Of a stretch of 64,000 nucleotides of DNA, positions 1-36,000 are shown piece by piece. The first letter of the stretch is position 1. Each line of letters opens with the position of its first letter. The notes under the pieces are model-generated. The model was not told the DNA's origin and searched no databases. It saw only the letters and a program-made list of their open reading frames with translations. Both the position numbers and the translations under genes were made by a program. Source of the stretch: Anolis carolinensis (Eukaryota); the NCBI RefSeq assembly GCF_035594765.1, contig NW_026943818.1:2957757-3021756 (forward strand), given 5' to 3'.

Positions 1-103
1 AAAGACAACCATACAACAGACATTCAGTACCACCACTACCTCAACAATTTCTCACCAACACCACCAGACAACACCACAGCAACGCGTGGCCGGGCACAGC
101 TAG
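1..103 (+). mobile_element. 3' end of non-autonomous Helitron
   Basis: Ends ccacagcaacgcgtggccgggcacagCTAG|t, identical to the 3' terminus of the copy at 3294-3746. Confidence 0.75.
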
Positions 104-452
104 TCACATATATAACTAGTGAAGGGACACAAAGGGCCTGATTTAATTTGATTCAATCTGATTCATAAATAGCAATGGTATTCAGAATGGTTTGATTAAC
201 TAATGTATTTATTATTTATCTACTTACAGTATTTATATTCCGCCCTTCTCATCCTGAAGTGGACTCAGGGCGGATCACACTGCACACACATAAGGCAAAC
301 ATTCAATGTCATAACATAGAACAGAAACAGAGACAAACGCAGGCACGGGCTGGCCTCGAACTCATGACCTCTTGGTCAGAGTGATTTGTTGCAGCTGGCT
401 GCTAACCAGCCTGCGCCACAGCCCGGCCTGCGTTTAAATAGTCTTCTTAATA

Positions 453-774
453 TAGTAGAGTCTCACTTATCCAAGCCTTGCTTATCCAAGTTTCTGGATT
501 ATCCAAGCCATTTTTGTAGTCAATGTTATCAATACATCGTGATATTTTGGTGCTAAATTTGTAAATACAGCAATTACTACATAGCATTACTGCGTATTGA
601 ACTACTTTTTCTGTCAAATTTGTTGTATAACATGATGTTTTGGTGCTTATTTGTAAAATCATAACCTAATTTGATGTTTAATAGGCTTTTCCTTGATCCC
701 TCCTTATTATCCAAGATATTCGCTTATCCAAGGTTCTGCCGGCCCGTTTAGCTTGGATAAGTGAGACTCTACTG
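453..774. mobile_element. ~320-bp Tc1/mariner (Tigger-like) MITE, family present about 14 times in the window
   Basis: TIRs CAGTAGAGTCTCACTTATCCAA...TTGGATAAGTGAGACTCTACTG flanked by TA. Other copies: 7941-8263, 8583-8905, 10277-10601, 20793-21115, 21624-21945, 23201-~23533, 23990-24294, 29100-29405, 39051-39373, 42369-42691, 44700-45004, 45699-46153 (interrupted), 56976-57298. Confidence 0.9.
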
Positions 775-2296
775 TAGTTAGAAGATGTCAGTAAGAAATG
801 TTTGTCACAAACATCAACAAATGGCCAGCAACAAAACAAGCCCATTGCCTTCCTGGGGATGCAAAGGAAATCAATTGACCAGGAACTCACACATGCGGGC
901 AGGGCAATAAAATACCATGGGGAGAGTCATTTGCCTTTGCATGTGCCTGCAAGTAGGCAGAATCAGTTTCAAACTGCCTGGATGCCAATTTGAACCCCCT
1001 TTAAAAATAAAAGTCTCAGTGTCCCTGGCATTGCCCCGCGACCTTGACAAGGCGTTGGCTATCTCTCCCCAAGAGCAGGGTATCTCTCATNNNNNNNNNN
1101 NNNNNNNNNNNNNNNNNNNNNNNNNNNNNNNNNNNNNNNNNNNNNNNNNNNNNNNNNNNNNNNNNNNNNNNNNNNNNNNNNNNNNNNNNNNNNNNNNNNN
1201 NNNNNNNNNNNNNNNNNNNNCAATAATATAAAATAATTATAACATATTATATATACATACAATATTCATAATATTATATTGTAATACGATATAATACTAA
1301 TAATACAATATAATATTAATTATATATTATATTTTACATGTAATATTACTAATAATATTACAATATATTGATACAGTACAATATGGTAATTTATTGCCAG
1401 TTATAATATANNNNNNNNNNNNNNNNNNNNNNNNNNNNNNNNNNNNNNNNNNNNNNNNNNNNNNNNNNNNNNNNNNNNNNNNNNNNNNNNNNNNNNNNNN
1501 NNNNNNNNNNNNNNNNNNNNNNNNNNNNNNNNNNNNNNNNNNNNNNNNNNNNNNNNNNNNNNNNGGCGCAAGCTGGTGAGCAGCCAGCTGCAGCCAGCTG
1601 AGACCAATCACTCTGACCAAGAGATCATGAGTTCGAGGCCAGATCGGAGCCTGCGTTTGTCTCTGTCTTTGTTCTATGTCAAGGCATTGAATGTTTGCCT
1701 TATATGTGTAATGTGATCTGCCCTGAGTCCCCTTCGGAGTGAGAAGGGCGGAATATAAATACTGTAAATAAATAAATAATATAATATTGTATGTAAATTT
1801 AATTTGTAAGCCGCTCTGAGTCCCCTTCGGGGTGAGAATGGCGGCATATAAATGTAGCAAATAAATAAAACCTTAGAAACAGTTCTAGATGTGAGGATCA
1901 GAGATGGTGTTTTGTTTCAGTTTGATTTTGATAGATGGACATTTGTTGTCTGTTGTTTTGATAAATGTCAGGATGAAACAAGATGAAAGAAGGAGGGGGC
2001 GTGGGAACAAGGAAGGTTGTGAAGTGAATGGTACCCCGCAAGAATATTATAATATTATAAAGTGCCACTCTTTTTCATGATGGTCACCTGCAGCTCTATT
2101 TGCAAATAAATCTGTGTATTTCTATCTCCTCTGCCTCCTGGTTCCTTTGTTGGAAAACCGGCACTAGGGGTTTCTGCAAAGCCATCCGAGCCTCAACACT
2201 AGCATGAAGCGATAGCTGAGGGGATGGAGGACAGCAGGCGGACAGCTTCCTCTCCCCACAATGGCCCCTCCTCTCCCCTCTGTGCCCCCACTTTAC

Positions 2297-25161
<22,865 letters not shown>

Positions 25162-25295
25162 CTCGGCGCCGGTGACGTCACTGCCGCGCGGCAGAGTCCC
25201 TGGCTCGCGCTGTGTGTGGCCTGACGTCACTCCCGCGCGCCGGAAGCGGCTCTCCTGAGGCGGCGGGAGCGGAAGCGGAAGCGGAAGCGGGGGCG
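25162..25295. promoter_or_regulatory. Bidirectional CpG-island promoter of NDOR1/TMEM203
   Basis: Two perfect CRE palindromes TGACGTCA (25173-25180, 25222-25229), CCGGAAG (25240) and tandem (GCGGAA)x3 ETS/GABP sites (25269-25286) between divergent ATGs. Confidence 0.85.
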
Positions 25296-25724
25296 ATGTT
25301 GTTCTCGCTGCGTGAGGCGGTGCAGTGGCTGGGCCTGGCGCCCTTCGAGCTGCTCCTGCAGGGCCTGGCGCTGCTGGCGGCCTCGGCGCTGGTGGCGCTG
25401 AAGGCGGACGGCGGGGAGGCCTCGGCGGGGCTGAGCTGGTGGGGCGCGCTGGGCCCGCTCTTCGCCGCCGACGGGCTCTGCACCTACTTCACCGCCATCG
25501 TCTCGGTGCGGCTCTTCCAGGACGGCGAGAAGCGGCTGGCCGTGCTGCGGCTCTTCTGGGTGCTCACCCTGCTCAGCCTCAAGTTCGTCTTCGAGATGCT
25601 GCTCTGCCAGAAGCTGGGCCAGGAGCCCAAGCCCGGCCGCGAGCAGCTCTGGTACGGCCTCATCATGGCGCCCGTCTTCATCCTGCTCCAGCTCCTCATG
25701 ATCCGCGCCTGCAGGATCTTCTGA
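25296..25724 (+). CDS. TMEM203: Transmembrane protein 203 (single coding exon, 142 aa)
   Basis: MLFSLREAVQWLG...AADGLCTYFTAIVSVRLFQDGEKRLAVLRLFWVLTLLSLKFVFEMLLCQKL...LQLLMIRAC; head-to-head with NDOR1 as in human. Confidence 0.97.
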   Translation: MLFSLREAVQWLGLAPFELLLQGLALLAASALVALKADGGEASAGLSWWGALGPLFAADGLCTYFTAIVSVRLFQDGEKRLAVLRLFWVLTLLSLKFVFEMLLCQKLGQEPKPGREQLWYGLIMAPVFILLQLLMIRACRIF

Positions 25725-25847
25725 GGCCGCCCGGGAAGGCCGTGCTGCCGGGCCGAGGGGAGGAGTGGCCCGGGGACACGGACAGGCTGCAAACGGGGCC
25801 CCTTCTCGTGCAGAGAGAGGCATTGTCGCTGGACCCTGGACCGCCGT

Positions 25848-28570
25848 GGAACCAGAGAAGAAATATGTAGATACACCCCCTTCTGATGCAAATATGTGAC
25901 TTCAGGGTATGTTGAACAAGACTGGTTTAAGACTAAATATGTAAATATATTCCCATTCTCGTGTCAATGCGTGTATTCTCATTGGACACCAACTTAAGAA
26001 GAAATGTGTAGACAGATCCTCCTTCTGATGCCAATATATGACTCCAGAATATGTCGAACAAGACTGCTATTTAATAATAAATGTTGATATATTCACAAAG
26101 ACTAAATATATAGATATATTCCAATTGTTATGCTGTCAATACGTGTATTCTCACTGGACTTCCGACCAAATGGAACCAGAACACCAACTTAAGAAGAAAT
26201 GTGTAGACAGATCCTCCTTCTGATGCCAATATGTGACTCCAGAATATGTCGAACAAGACTGCTATTTCACAATAAATACGTAGATCTATTCCCATAGACT
26301 AAATATGTAGATATATTCTAGTTCTTATGTCATAGGTGTTTTCTCAGTGGACTTCCAACCAAATGGAACCAGAACACCAACTTAAGAAGAAATGTGTAGA
26401 CAGTTAGTCCTTATGTAAATATCTGACTTCAGACTATGTTGAGCTAGACTGCTGTTTAAGAATAAATACTTAGATCTATTCCCATAGACTAAATATGTAA
26501 ATATATTCCCATTCTCGTGTCAATACGTGTATTCTCACTGGACTTCCGACCAAATGGAACCAGAACACCAACTTAAGAAGAAATGTATAGATAGATTCCC
26601 CCCTAATACAAATATGTTACTTCAGACTATGTCGAACAAGACTGCCGTTTAAGACTAAATATGTAAATATATTCCCATTCTCGTGTCAGTGCGTGTATTC
26701 TCACTGGACTTCCGACCAAATGGAACCAGAACACCAACTTAAGAAGAAATGTGTAGACAGATCCTCCTTATGTAAATATCTGTCTTCAGACTATGTTGAA
26801 CTAGACTGCTATTTAAGAATAAATACTTAGATCTATTCCCATAGACTAAATATGTAAATATATTCCAATTCTTATATCATCAATACATGTATTCTCACTG
26901 GACTTCCGACCAAATGGAAACAGAACACCAACTTAAGAAGAAATGTGTAGACCGATCCTCCTTCTGATGCAAATATGTGACTCCAGAATATGTCGAACAA
27001 GACTGCTATTTAATAATAAATATGTAGATATATTCGCAAAGACTAAATATATAGATATATTCCAATTCTTATGTTGTCAATACATGTATTCTCACTGGAC
27101 TTCCTACCAAATGGAACCAGAACACCAATTTCAAAAATATGTAGAGAGATTCCCCCCTAATGCAAATATGTGACTTCAGACTATGTTGAACAAGACTGCC
27201 TTTTAAGACTAAATATGTAAATAAATTCCCATTCTTATGTCAATTGGTGTTTTCTCACTGAACTTCTGACCAAATGGAACCAGAACACCAACTTAAGAAG
27301 AAATGTGTAGACCGATCCCCCTTCTGATGAAAATATGTGACTCCAGAATATGTCGAACAAGACTGCTATTTGACAATAAATACATAGATCTATTCCCATA
27401 GACTAAATATGTAGATATATTCCAGTTCTTAGGTCAATAGGTGTTTTCTCACTGGACTTCTGACCAAATGGAACCAGAACATCAACTTCAGAAATATGTA
27501 GACAGATCCTCCTTCTTATGTAAATATGTGACTTCAGACTATGTTGAACTAGACTGCTGTTTAAGACTAAATATGTAGATAGATTTCCATAGAGTAAATA
27601 TGTAGATAGAGTCCAATTCTTATATCATCAATATGTATATTCTTACTGGACTTCTGACCAAATGGAACCAGAACATCAACTTAAGAAGAAATGTATAGAT
27701 AGATTCCCCCCTAATACAAATATGTTACTTCAGACTATGTCGAACAAGACTGCCGTTTAAGACTAAATATGTAAATATATTCCCATTCTCGTGTCAGTGC
27801 GTGTATTCTCACTGGACTTCCGACCAAATGGAACCAGAACACCAACTTAAGAAGAAATGTGTAGACCGATCCCCCTTCTGATGAAAATATGTGACTCCAG
27901 AATATGTCGAACAAGACTGCTATTTGACAATAAATACATAGATCTATTCCCATAGACTAAATATGTAGATATATTCCAGTTCTTAGGTCAATAGGTGTTT
28001 TCTCACTGGACTTCTGACCAAATGGAACCAGAACATCAACTTCAGAAATATGTAGACAGATCCTCCTTCTTATGTAAATATGTGACTTCAGACTATGTTG
28101 AACTAGACTGCTGTTTAAGACTAAATATGTAGATAGATTTCCATAGAGTAAATATGTAGATAGAGTCCAATTCTTATATCATCAATATGTATATTCTTAC
28201 TGGACTTCTGACCAAATGGAACCAGAACATCAACTTAAGAAATGTGTAGACAGATCCTCCTTCTTATGTAAATATGTGACTTCAGACATGTGAAGACATG
28301 GGTATATTCCCATTATTGTGTCAATACATGTATTCTCGTTGGACTTCCGACCATATAGAACCAGACTGCTATTTAAGAATAAATATGTAAATAGATTCCC
28401 ATTCAATTCATATATTCTCTCTGGACTTCAGACTATGTGGAAGTAGGAATGGAACAAGATGGCTATTTAAGAATAAAGATGTACATCGATTTCCATTCTC
28501 ATGTTTATGAATTCTCACTGGACTTCCAACCATATGGAACAAGATCACAATTTAAGAATAGACATGTAAG
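25848..28570. repeat. Tandem array of 163-197-bp units with ~554-bp higher-order period
   Basis: Core ttctcactggacttccgaccaaatggaaccagaacaccaacttaagaagaaatgtgtaga recurs about 12 times, with degenerate units at both ends. Confidence 0.92.
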
Positions 28571-29429
28571 TATATATGTATGGTTTTATTGTTTTTCTCT
28601 GCTGGTGCTAAGAGTAGAGTATGCTGCCTGGGAGTTTGGCCATCTGTCAGGAGGGCTTGCATGGTGCCTTCCTGAATTATAATCTCAATTGTTGAGGGGG
28701 CCAGGTGTTGCTTTATGTTGTGTTTAAACTTCTTGGAAAACCTTTTGGAAGAATAAAGAATAATCATAGTAATAATAATAGTCCAAATAATATTCCTGTT
28801 GAGTGGGAGTCACTCCATCCTGGCTATTGAAGCAGGAATGGAAATCCTCATTGAAATAAATATTGGAATGCATTATTATACTACTAATGATACAATACAA
28901 TAATATTAATTATATATTATATATTCAATTTAATATTACTAATAATATTACCACATAACGATATAGTACAATATAGTAATTTAACACTTTTATTGTGCTA
29001 TGCTAATAATATATTGTATGTTCATTTGATTTGTAAGCCGCTCTGAGTCCCCTTTGGGGTGAGAAGAGCGGGACATAAATGTAATAAATAAATAATATAC
29101 AGTAGAGTCTCGCTTATCCAACGTAAATGGGCCGGCAGAACGTTGGATAAGCGAATATGTTGGATAATAAGGAGAGATTAAGGAAAAGCCTATTAAACAT
29201 TAAATTAGGTTATGATTTTACAAATTAAGCGCCAAAACATCATGTTTAACAACAAATTTGACAGAAAAAGTAGTTCAATGTGCAGTGATGCTATGTAGTA
29301 ATTACTGTATTTACAAATTTAGCACCAAAATATCACGATGTAATGAACAACATTGACTACAAAAATGCGTTGGATAATCCAGAATGTTGGATAAGCGAGA
29401 CTCTAATATAATACTCGATAGACAGGGGT

Positions 29430-30057
29430 TTTGACCAATAGCAGGAAAGCAAGCGCACTAATCCACCTCCATTCTTTGATTGACATAGATGACAGCCGAT
29501 AGGCGGAGCATATGAGAAGGGCGGGAGTATACAAACCTCTGGCTTGTTTGCCCAACACAAGACGAAGGGAATGCTCATCCAATGGCGGCTCGTAATTCCA
29601 AGCCATGCTGGTGTTTCTCTCTACTAATTGGTCCTTGTCCCTGAAGCCCCACCCCCTAAGGCACATTCTTAGCCGGCTTTTTCTCTGTTGTGGGCCCTTC
29701 CCCTGATTGACCAATGAATGCGCGCCCCTCAGCGAAGGCCACCAATCAAAAGAGCAAGGGCGGGCCATAGCGGTTGAGCCAATCACCTGTGCCGCCTCCT
29801 CAGGCGACGGCGAAATGCCCTGCCTGAAGGACACGATGGTTTTATCCAATCGGGTGTGCCTCAAAGAGCCGCTTTGCCTCCCAGCCAATGGGCGCCGCCG
29901 CCTGGGGGATGCTCCCCAATGGCCAGCGGCGACGCTCCCTGGGGCCCGCCCCCTTTTCGCCGGACCAAGCCGGAGAGGGTCAGTCTCCCTGAGGAGAGGG
30001 CGGCGGGCGGCCGCGTCTTGGCTCCCTCCCTCGCTGCTGTCTTCTCCCTCAGGCGCC
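29430..30057 (+). promoter_or_regulatory. CCAAT-box/GC-box-rich promoter of TPRN
   Basis: CCAAT at 29435, 29579, 29711, 29742, 29779, 29846, 29885, 29916 and ATTGG at 29627; GC boxes; CpG-rich. Confidence 0.7.
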
Positions 30058-33000
30058 ATGAGTTCGGCCGGGCTGCCGGCATGGAAGCAGGCCATCCTGG
30101 AGCGGAAGCGGGCCAAGCTGGCGGCCGGGCTGGAGCTGCCTCCGAGAGGCGCTCCGACGGCGAGGCCGCCCGGCTCCGAAGGGAAGCGGGAGGCGGAGGA
30201 GGAGGAGGAGCGGCTGGTGGTGGCGGAGAGCCTGGGCCCGCTGCGGGAGAACCCCTTCATGCGCCTGGAGAGCGAGCGGCGGCGGCGGAGGAGGAGGACC
30301 AGCGGGCCCCGGGCCCCTCCGCCCGCGCCCAGGCCCCCTTCCCCGCCCAAGCCCGCCGAGGCGCCCGCCCTGGCCCAGCTGCTGGAGCTCTACGGCTCCA
30401 TGCCGGGCATCCGCACCATCCGCGCCGACAACATCCTCATCATCGAGTCCCAGGAGAAGGGCCCTGAGGGGAAGCCAGGGGGCGGGGCCTCTGCCGGCTC
30501 TCCAGGGGGCGGGGCGTCGCACTCGCCCCGCCCCCTTTGGAAGCATCAACAACAACAGCAGGACCCCCTCCGCGCCCTCCTGGCCCGCAGTGGCTCCCGG
30601 GTCACTGAGATCCGCGCCTCCGAGGTGGTCATCTACGAGCCACGGCCCCCGGACCCCCCGGAGAAGGAGCAGGAGAAGGAGCCGGACCCCGAGCCGGGCA
30701 GGGTCAGCCGCCTGCTGCAGAAGTTCGACCAGCGGAGGGGCCCCCGTGGGAACAGGGCCTGGTGGCGTGGCGGAGGGGCCGCGGGGGCGGAAGCGGGCCC
30801 AGCGGTGGTGCCAAAGTCTCCCTCGGAGGAGCCCCGCTTGCCCCCCCACTCCCCACCCCATGGCGGCCTCCCGCCCCCCGCCCGGGGCTTTGTGCAGAAG
30901 ATCGGGGCCAACTCCTTCACGGTGAACCCTCGGGGGCACCTCCGCCTCCCCAGCCACCCGCCGGCCGTGCTCAGCAATGGGCCCCTGGAGCCCCAGGAGA
31001 AGGAGAGGGAGGAGGAGGACGAGGAGCCCGCCACCCTGCCCAGGAACTGTGGGGCTCACGGGGCTCCGGCTGCCAGCGCCCCGCCAGTGCCATCTCCGCC
31101 AAGCCCCGCCAGCCCCTGGAAGCCAAAGCCCGAGAAGAGCCCCGAAGCCCCCCTTGCAGACAGCAGTGCCAGTCCCGACAGCAGTGCCACCACGCTGCCA
31201 CTCAACAACAACGGCAACGGTGCCTTCGAAATCCGCCCCGCCCCCAAGCCGGACCTGGCCGCCATCCCGGCTCACGATTTGCAGGCCCAGGCGCTGGCCA
31301 GCCTCAGGCTCAACTCCCGCAACTCCTTCCTCTTCGTGCCGCGGAGGAAGCTGCCGGATCCCGATCCCGCACACGTCCCCGAGAAGCAGTCCGAGACCCC
31401 GGTGCCGGTGACATGCATCGACGAGGACCTTCTGGAGCCAGAGCCGGGCTCCTTGCCCCCGCTGAGAGTCCTGAGCCCCAGGCTGGAGGGCTTTGACGTG
31501 CTGCTCGAAGGCGGCCTGGAGATGGAGGAGGCCGCAGTGGCGTCCCTGTGCAGGACCCCTCTGGCCTTCCCCCCGAAGAACGGCAACACCTTCACCGTCG
31601 TGCCCAAGAGGAAACCCCCCGCGGCCGGACTGGAGACCTTCCACAGAGCCTGGTTGCCGGAGGAGGAGGATGAGGAGGAGGGCAAGGCCCGGGCCCCTCA
31701 CCTGGAGCTGGGCCACCTCCGCAAGAAGCGCTACCCCACCGTCCACGAGATCGAGGTCATCGGTGGCTACCTCTCCCTGGACAAGTCCTGCATGAGCAAA
31801 TCCGGCTCCCAGCGGAAGAAGGTACTTGGAGGAGAGGCCTTTCGCCCAGTCAAGCCTGAGTGGCTCTAATGTGCTGTAAATGATCAACTTCACTCTCTCT
31901 CAGTCTCTGACATTGCAGAGAGTCCAGTGAACATAACTGTATGTCTTCAAGGTATTAGTGTAAACACACCTAAAATAAGCAAATTGTGTGTGTACAAATA
32001 TAAGTGGAACAGGGCAACGTATTATTTCATTTCCTCACTTGCAGTGCCCAAAGTTCATTCAGGTTTCCTCCGGCCTGCCCTGGCCCCTTCTGGCTCATCT
32101 GACTGACAGGAAATGGTCAAAGTTCAGAATAGCCAACTTCCTTGATCTCTCCCACGGGCAGTATCTGCCCTTTCATCTTTTGGTGTCTCATCCAGCCAAC
32201 TTGGCACCTTTCTGACCCAGATTAGTATTTCTGTGACCAAACTCTTTTCTACAGACACCAGCTGGGGAAAGCCAACCTTCATGTTGACACAGCTGTGCAT
32301 ATCTGGGCCCACAGTGGGATTCTTGCATTTATCGGGTAAAGAGAATGCCTTTATGTGCTAGTAAAATGAGTCCGAACATGTGCTGCTCAGGGACTGGTGG
32401 GAAAACAGAGGGCCTCTCCTGCACCAGGTGTTTCCCTTTGAAGTTCATTGAGTCACTTGTGCAGCTGCGATTTTATATAATTTCTAGGCTGGCAGGACTT
32501 AGAGAATCATCTCAGGTTCCAGTTAGGGCCATGGTTGCCACTTTGCCTCTCAGTGCGGACCAGGAATCTGCTGTGTTTCCTCTGGACCTTTCCACTCAAA
32601 ATTCCTCAAGTGTGAAGATGCACAAACGCTCTTTCCTATAATGATTCTCGGGGTGGCATTTGCATAATCTGTCACTGCCACTTATTAAGTGGGTTTCCTG
32701 GAACCTTCCAAACCTCTGTACAATGGCTTGGCTCCGTTCCCATTGGTTGCAGGCATGCTGAAGCTGTCCCTGTGCCAGGAATGGGTGACAATGGGGCCCA
32801 GAAAGAGCCATTGCTGAGCTGTGCTTTGGTCCAAGATGCTACTAGAAGCATCAACAGCCCTGTCTGGGCATCAGAAGGAGAGAGGTCTTGAGGCTGCTGC
32901 TTGCTCCAGTTCCACATGGTTATGACCTGTGTCTTTCTGTGTGTTTCTAGAGCTCTTGTGTCTTTGGCTGAACTTTCTAAGGGGAGGTAAAGACACCCCC

Positions 33001-36000
33001 ACCAGTCTATTTTTTTATTTCCAGGGGCTGAATAGAGATGCAGTTAGATTCCAAGCATTGCCCCAAGCAGAACTTCTGCTGGAAGGCATAAGCATAGCTG
33101 TTAATTTTATGGAGGCCTAGATATCCTATAAAGACACCAGATCCCATTTAATCTTGGAAGCTAAGCAGGGTCAGCTTTGGCCGAATGCCAGCTCCAGGAG
33201 ATTGCTGACAAATGCCTGCTAAGGCAGGCTCTATTTCAGAGGAAGGAACTGGTAAAGCTATCTCTGAGTGTTAAAATAAACTGTGAAATCCATTGGTTTG
33301 TCTCCAGGCGACATGTAGTCCCCCATACATGGTATGGCTTCGTCCTTTTGAATGGCTGCCTGGGTGCTGCAAGGTGACTGTACTCACAGGCCGACCAGCT
33401 GGCAGTGGATCGCTTTATTGTTCTTATCTAGCCAGCAGCAGGTGTGGTTTCTGTGACAACAGAGGTGTGTTTGTGTGACGAAGTCTCGGTTTAGCAGACT
33501 CCATCCATTTCCTCCAGATGCGTGTCATTGCCACAACTCTTGCCTAATGAGAAACAGGCGGAAGGAAAGCAAGAGGGGAAACTGGGGCATCAAAGAGGAT
33601 AAGGTGTCATAATTTAGACTCTCGAAGGATAGGAGTGAAATCTTAAGCCAGCCATTTGGTTCTACACCTTGCTTATGGCTGGAGGATTATTGGACATCTT
33701 TGTACTCTAGGACTCCGCTGTCCAAACCCTCTTTTCGTGGCTGGATCTTGCAATCATGGCATGTTGTTCTTGAGGATTGGGGTGTTGATAAGGCAGATTC
33801 CAGGACTACAACTCACGCTTCTCTGTAGTCTTTAGCATCCACTCTTTCATTCACCTGCCCTTTTTCTGTGGCTGCCATTACAAGGCTTCCCTCTTGTTCC
33901 GCCTGATGCTATTTATATCCGCTCTGTGAATAAAAGAAGGAAGAGGGAAACCTGCAACTGAATGGCCATTGTGTCGCTCTTATGTTCCTTGCACCCAAGC
34001 CGTTGCCTCCTGGCTCTGGGCCTGAAAGCTCAGGTGGCTGCGAAGGAGGGAGGGCAAGGGCAGCGGAATGGAAGGGAGCTGGGTGGCATTTGCTCCCTCT
34101 CTTCCCAGCAAAGGTGGCCATTGCCAGGGGCTTAGGAGGCAGACTGCTGCCTCCAGGGAGGATTAGCTTGGGGAAAACGTAGGAAGATTACTTTTAGTGG
34201 AGTGTAAACAGCTAAAGCAAAAGCACAGAGGGAATTTGTTATTGGAGCATCAGAAGTGGTCCAGTATCTCCTCAAATTGAGGTCTTTTTTGGTAATGAAG
34301 CAAGCTCTTATGACAGTTTTTAGACTTAGTCTTCTGGAACCAGCTTTTGTGGATTGCAATCAACTTTACTAGATGGATAAAGTGTGAACCTGTCCCTAAG
34401 CCTTTTTCCTGGTGTCGGTTGGTTCATCTCAACTAAAGTAGACCTATTGACGCCACTGTTCAATGGTGAATCAACACATAGCTATATCCCATTGATTCAA
34501 TGAGCTACTGAGAATAACAAGAGTATGTGATGCCTGGATCTCTGGAAGTTCCTTCTTGACTCTGATGGATGTTATGTGGCTAATTCTGGTGTCTTCCATT
34601 GATAAGAGCCTTTTGTCTATGCAGAAATTTAGCCAGAGAGCTTGGGGCAAGTCCTTTTTGTTCCTGAAGACCAGGATTAATATTGTCACAGAGCAATTTC
34701 AGCAGGAGTGCTTATTTAAATTGGAGTGTAATTGAGGAACTATTTCTCTAGTTCTGATCAGAGGTGGGTTGTGTTTACTATGTGCTCCGTCATGTTGATT
34801 TTGAAGGGCTGGTCAGCATGGCATGTGGTGCTTTGGGACTGGACCCAGGAGCCCAGGTTACACCAGAGGCTCCTTCCCAGGGAGCGACAGGGCTAGAAAC
34901 ACTCTGGCGCCATGCTTTGAAAAGGGGGATTTCCACAGGGAATTGTGCATGGATTGCAGGCCCCTTTTGTCCAGTGCTGTATTTCCTGGGTGAGGCTGCA
35001 TGTTAAGCAGAAGGCGGGGTGCAGCCGGAACTTTCTTTGGCAGACCATGTGGCAAATCTACTTAAATTTGCATACCTTGCTTGCTAAACGGAGACTTAAT
35101 TCTGCCGGAATGGGAATGGTACCCAAGGCTGGAGACAGGGATGCAACCAAGCAGTCTTGGGCTGCTGCTGTATTCATTATGATCTGTTTATTTGAAATAA
35201 TTGTTCCAAGCCCAGAGCACGAGTCTTGCGGATGTGTTGTTGAGGCCAAATCTGTTGACTGCATTTCTGCAGAGGAATGGCCTCATCTCATGGACCAGAA
35301 TAGAGCTCTCGCAACGTGCTCTCCTCTGTTCTCAGGCCGGCTCCCCTAACACCTTCCCTGTCAACTGGCTCCAGGGCTGGTCTGGAGGAAGGCTGCAACT
35401 GAGTTAAACACCAGGCCGAAATCAAGGCAGGCCTCAGGAGTGGAATTTCAGCCAGAGGCGGCAACCCCTTCGTCTCCCGGCTGCAGCTATTGAATGTCCC
35501 TCTCAGTAGGTCAGCGGCCTCAGAGCAACGGTGCAGCGAGAACTATCATCCCGGTGCTGATTCTGTTTTGGTGGCCCCATGTCCAGACCTCAGCGCATGT
35601 TCATAGCCACAGCTTAGGCTAAAACTGGGGTCACTTTGTCCTGTGAGAGCCCTGCATTGCAAAAACAAAACAAGGAGGATTGGTTTTGGCTGAGATGGCA
35701 CTGGACCTGTTGGCACTTGAAGGAGAGAGGCTTGCACTTGCTAATGAAAAGGCTTTGTTCTTCCTTTCCTCCCTGGATCAGCCCGTTGGTTTGAATGTGT
35801 GTTGATATAAGAATAAGGCAATAAAACGAAGTTACGAGGAAGAAGGTGTGAACAGGAAATGAAGTAGCCCAGGCTTATAGAAAGGAGGGAGTGCCAGGCA
35901 TGGTTTGGCTTCTGCTCCTGGCCAGTCTCTGCAGGCTCTTGGAAGCCACCGTAGTTCATGTGTGTGTCTCTTAAGTCTGAGAAGGGCACAGGTTCTTGTC

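Noticed and set aside
447-890. Recurrent short ORFs such as EKVVQYAVMLC..ISETLL
   Set aside because: They come from the non-coding MITE family; there is no transposase.
1091-1564. Remaining NDOR1 exons in the N runs
   Set aside because: Cannot be read; the flanks look like AT-rich repeat and SINE sequence, so the exons are probably left of the window.
29707-30057. 117-aa N-terminal extension of the 720-aa TPRN ORF
   Set aside because: It starts at a TTG inside the CCAAT-rich promoter; homology begins at gccATG 30058. The ORF tail after 31821 is intron read-through.
29403-31893. Long antisense ORFs (315 aa, 614 aa) and alternative-frame ORFs over TPRN exon 1
   Set aside because: Stop-codon scarcity in GC-rich coding DNA; no recognisable domains. 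The same applies to antisense ORFs over TMEM203 and TUBB4B.
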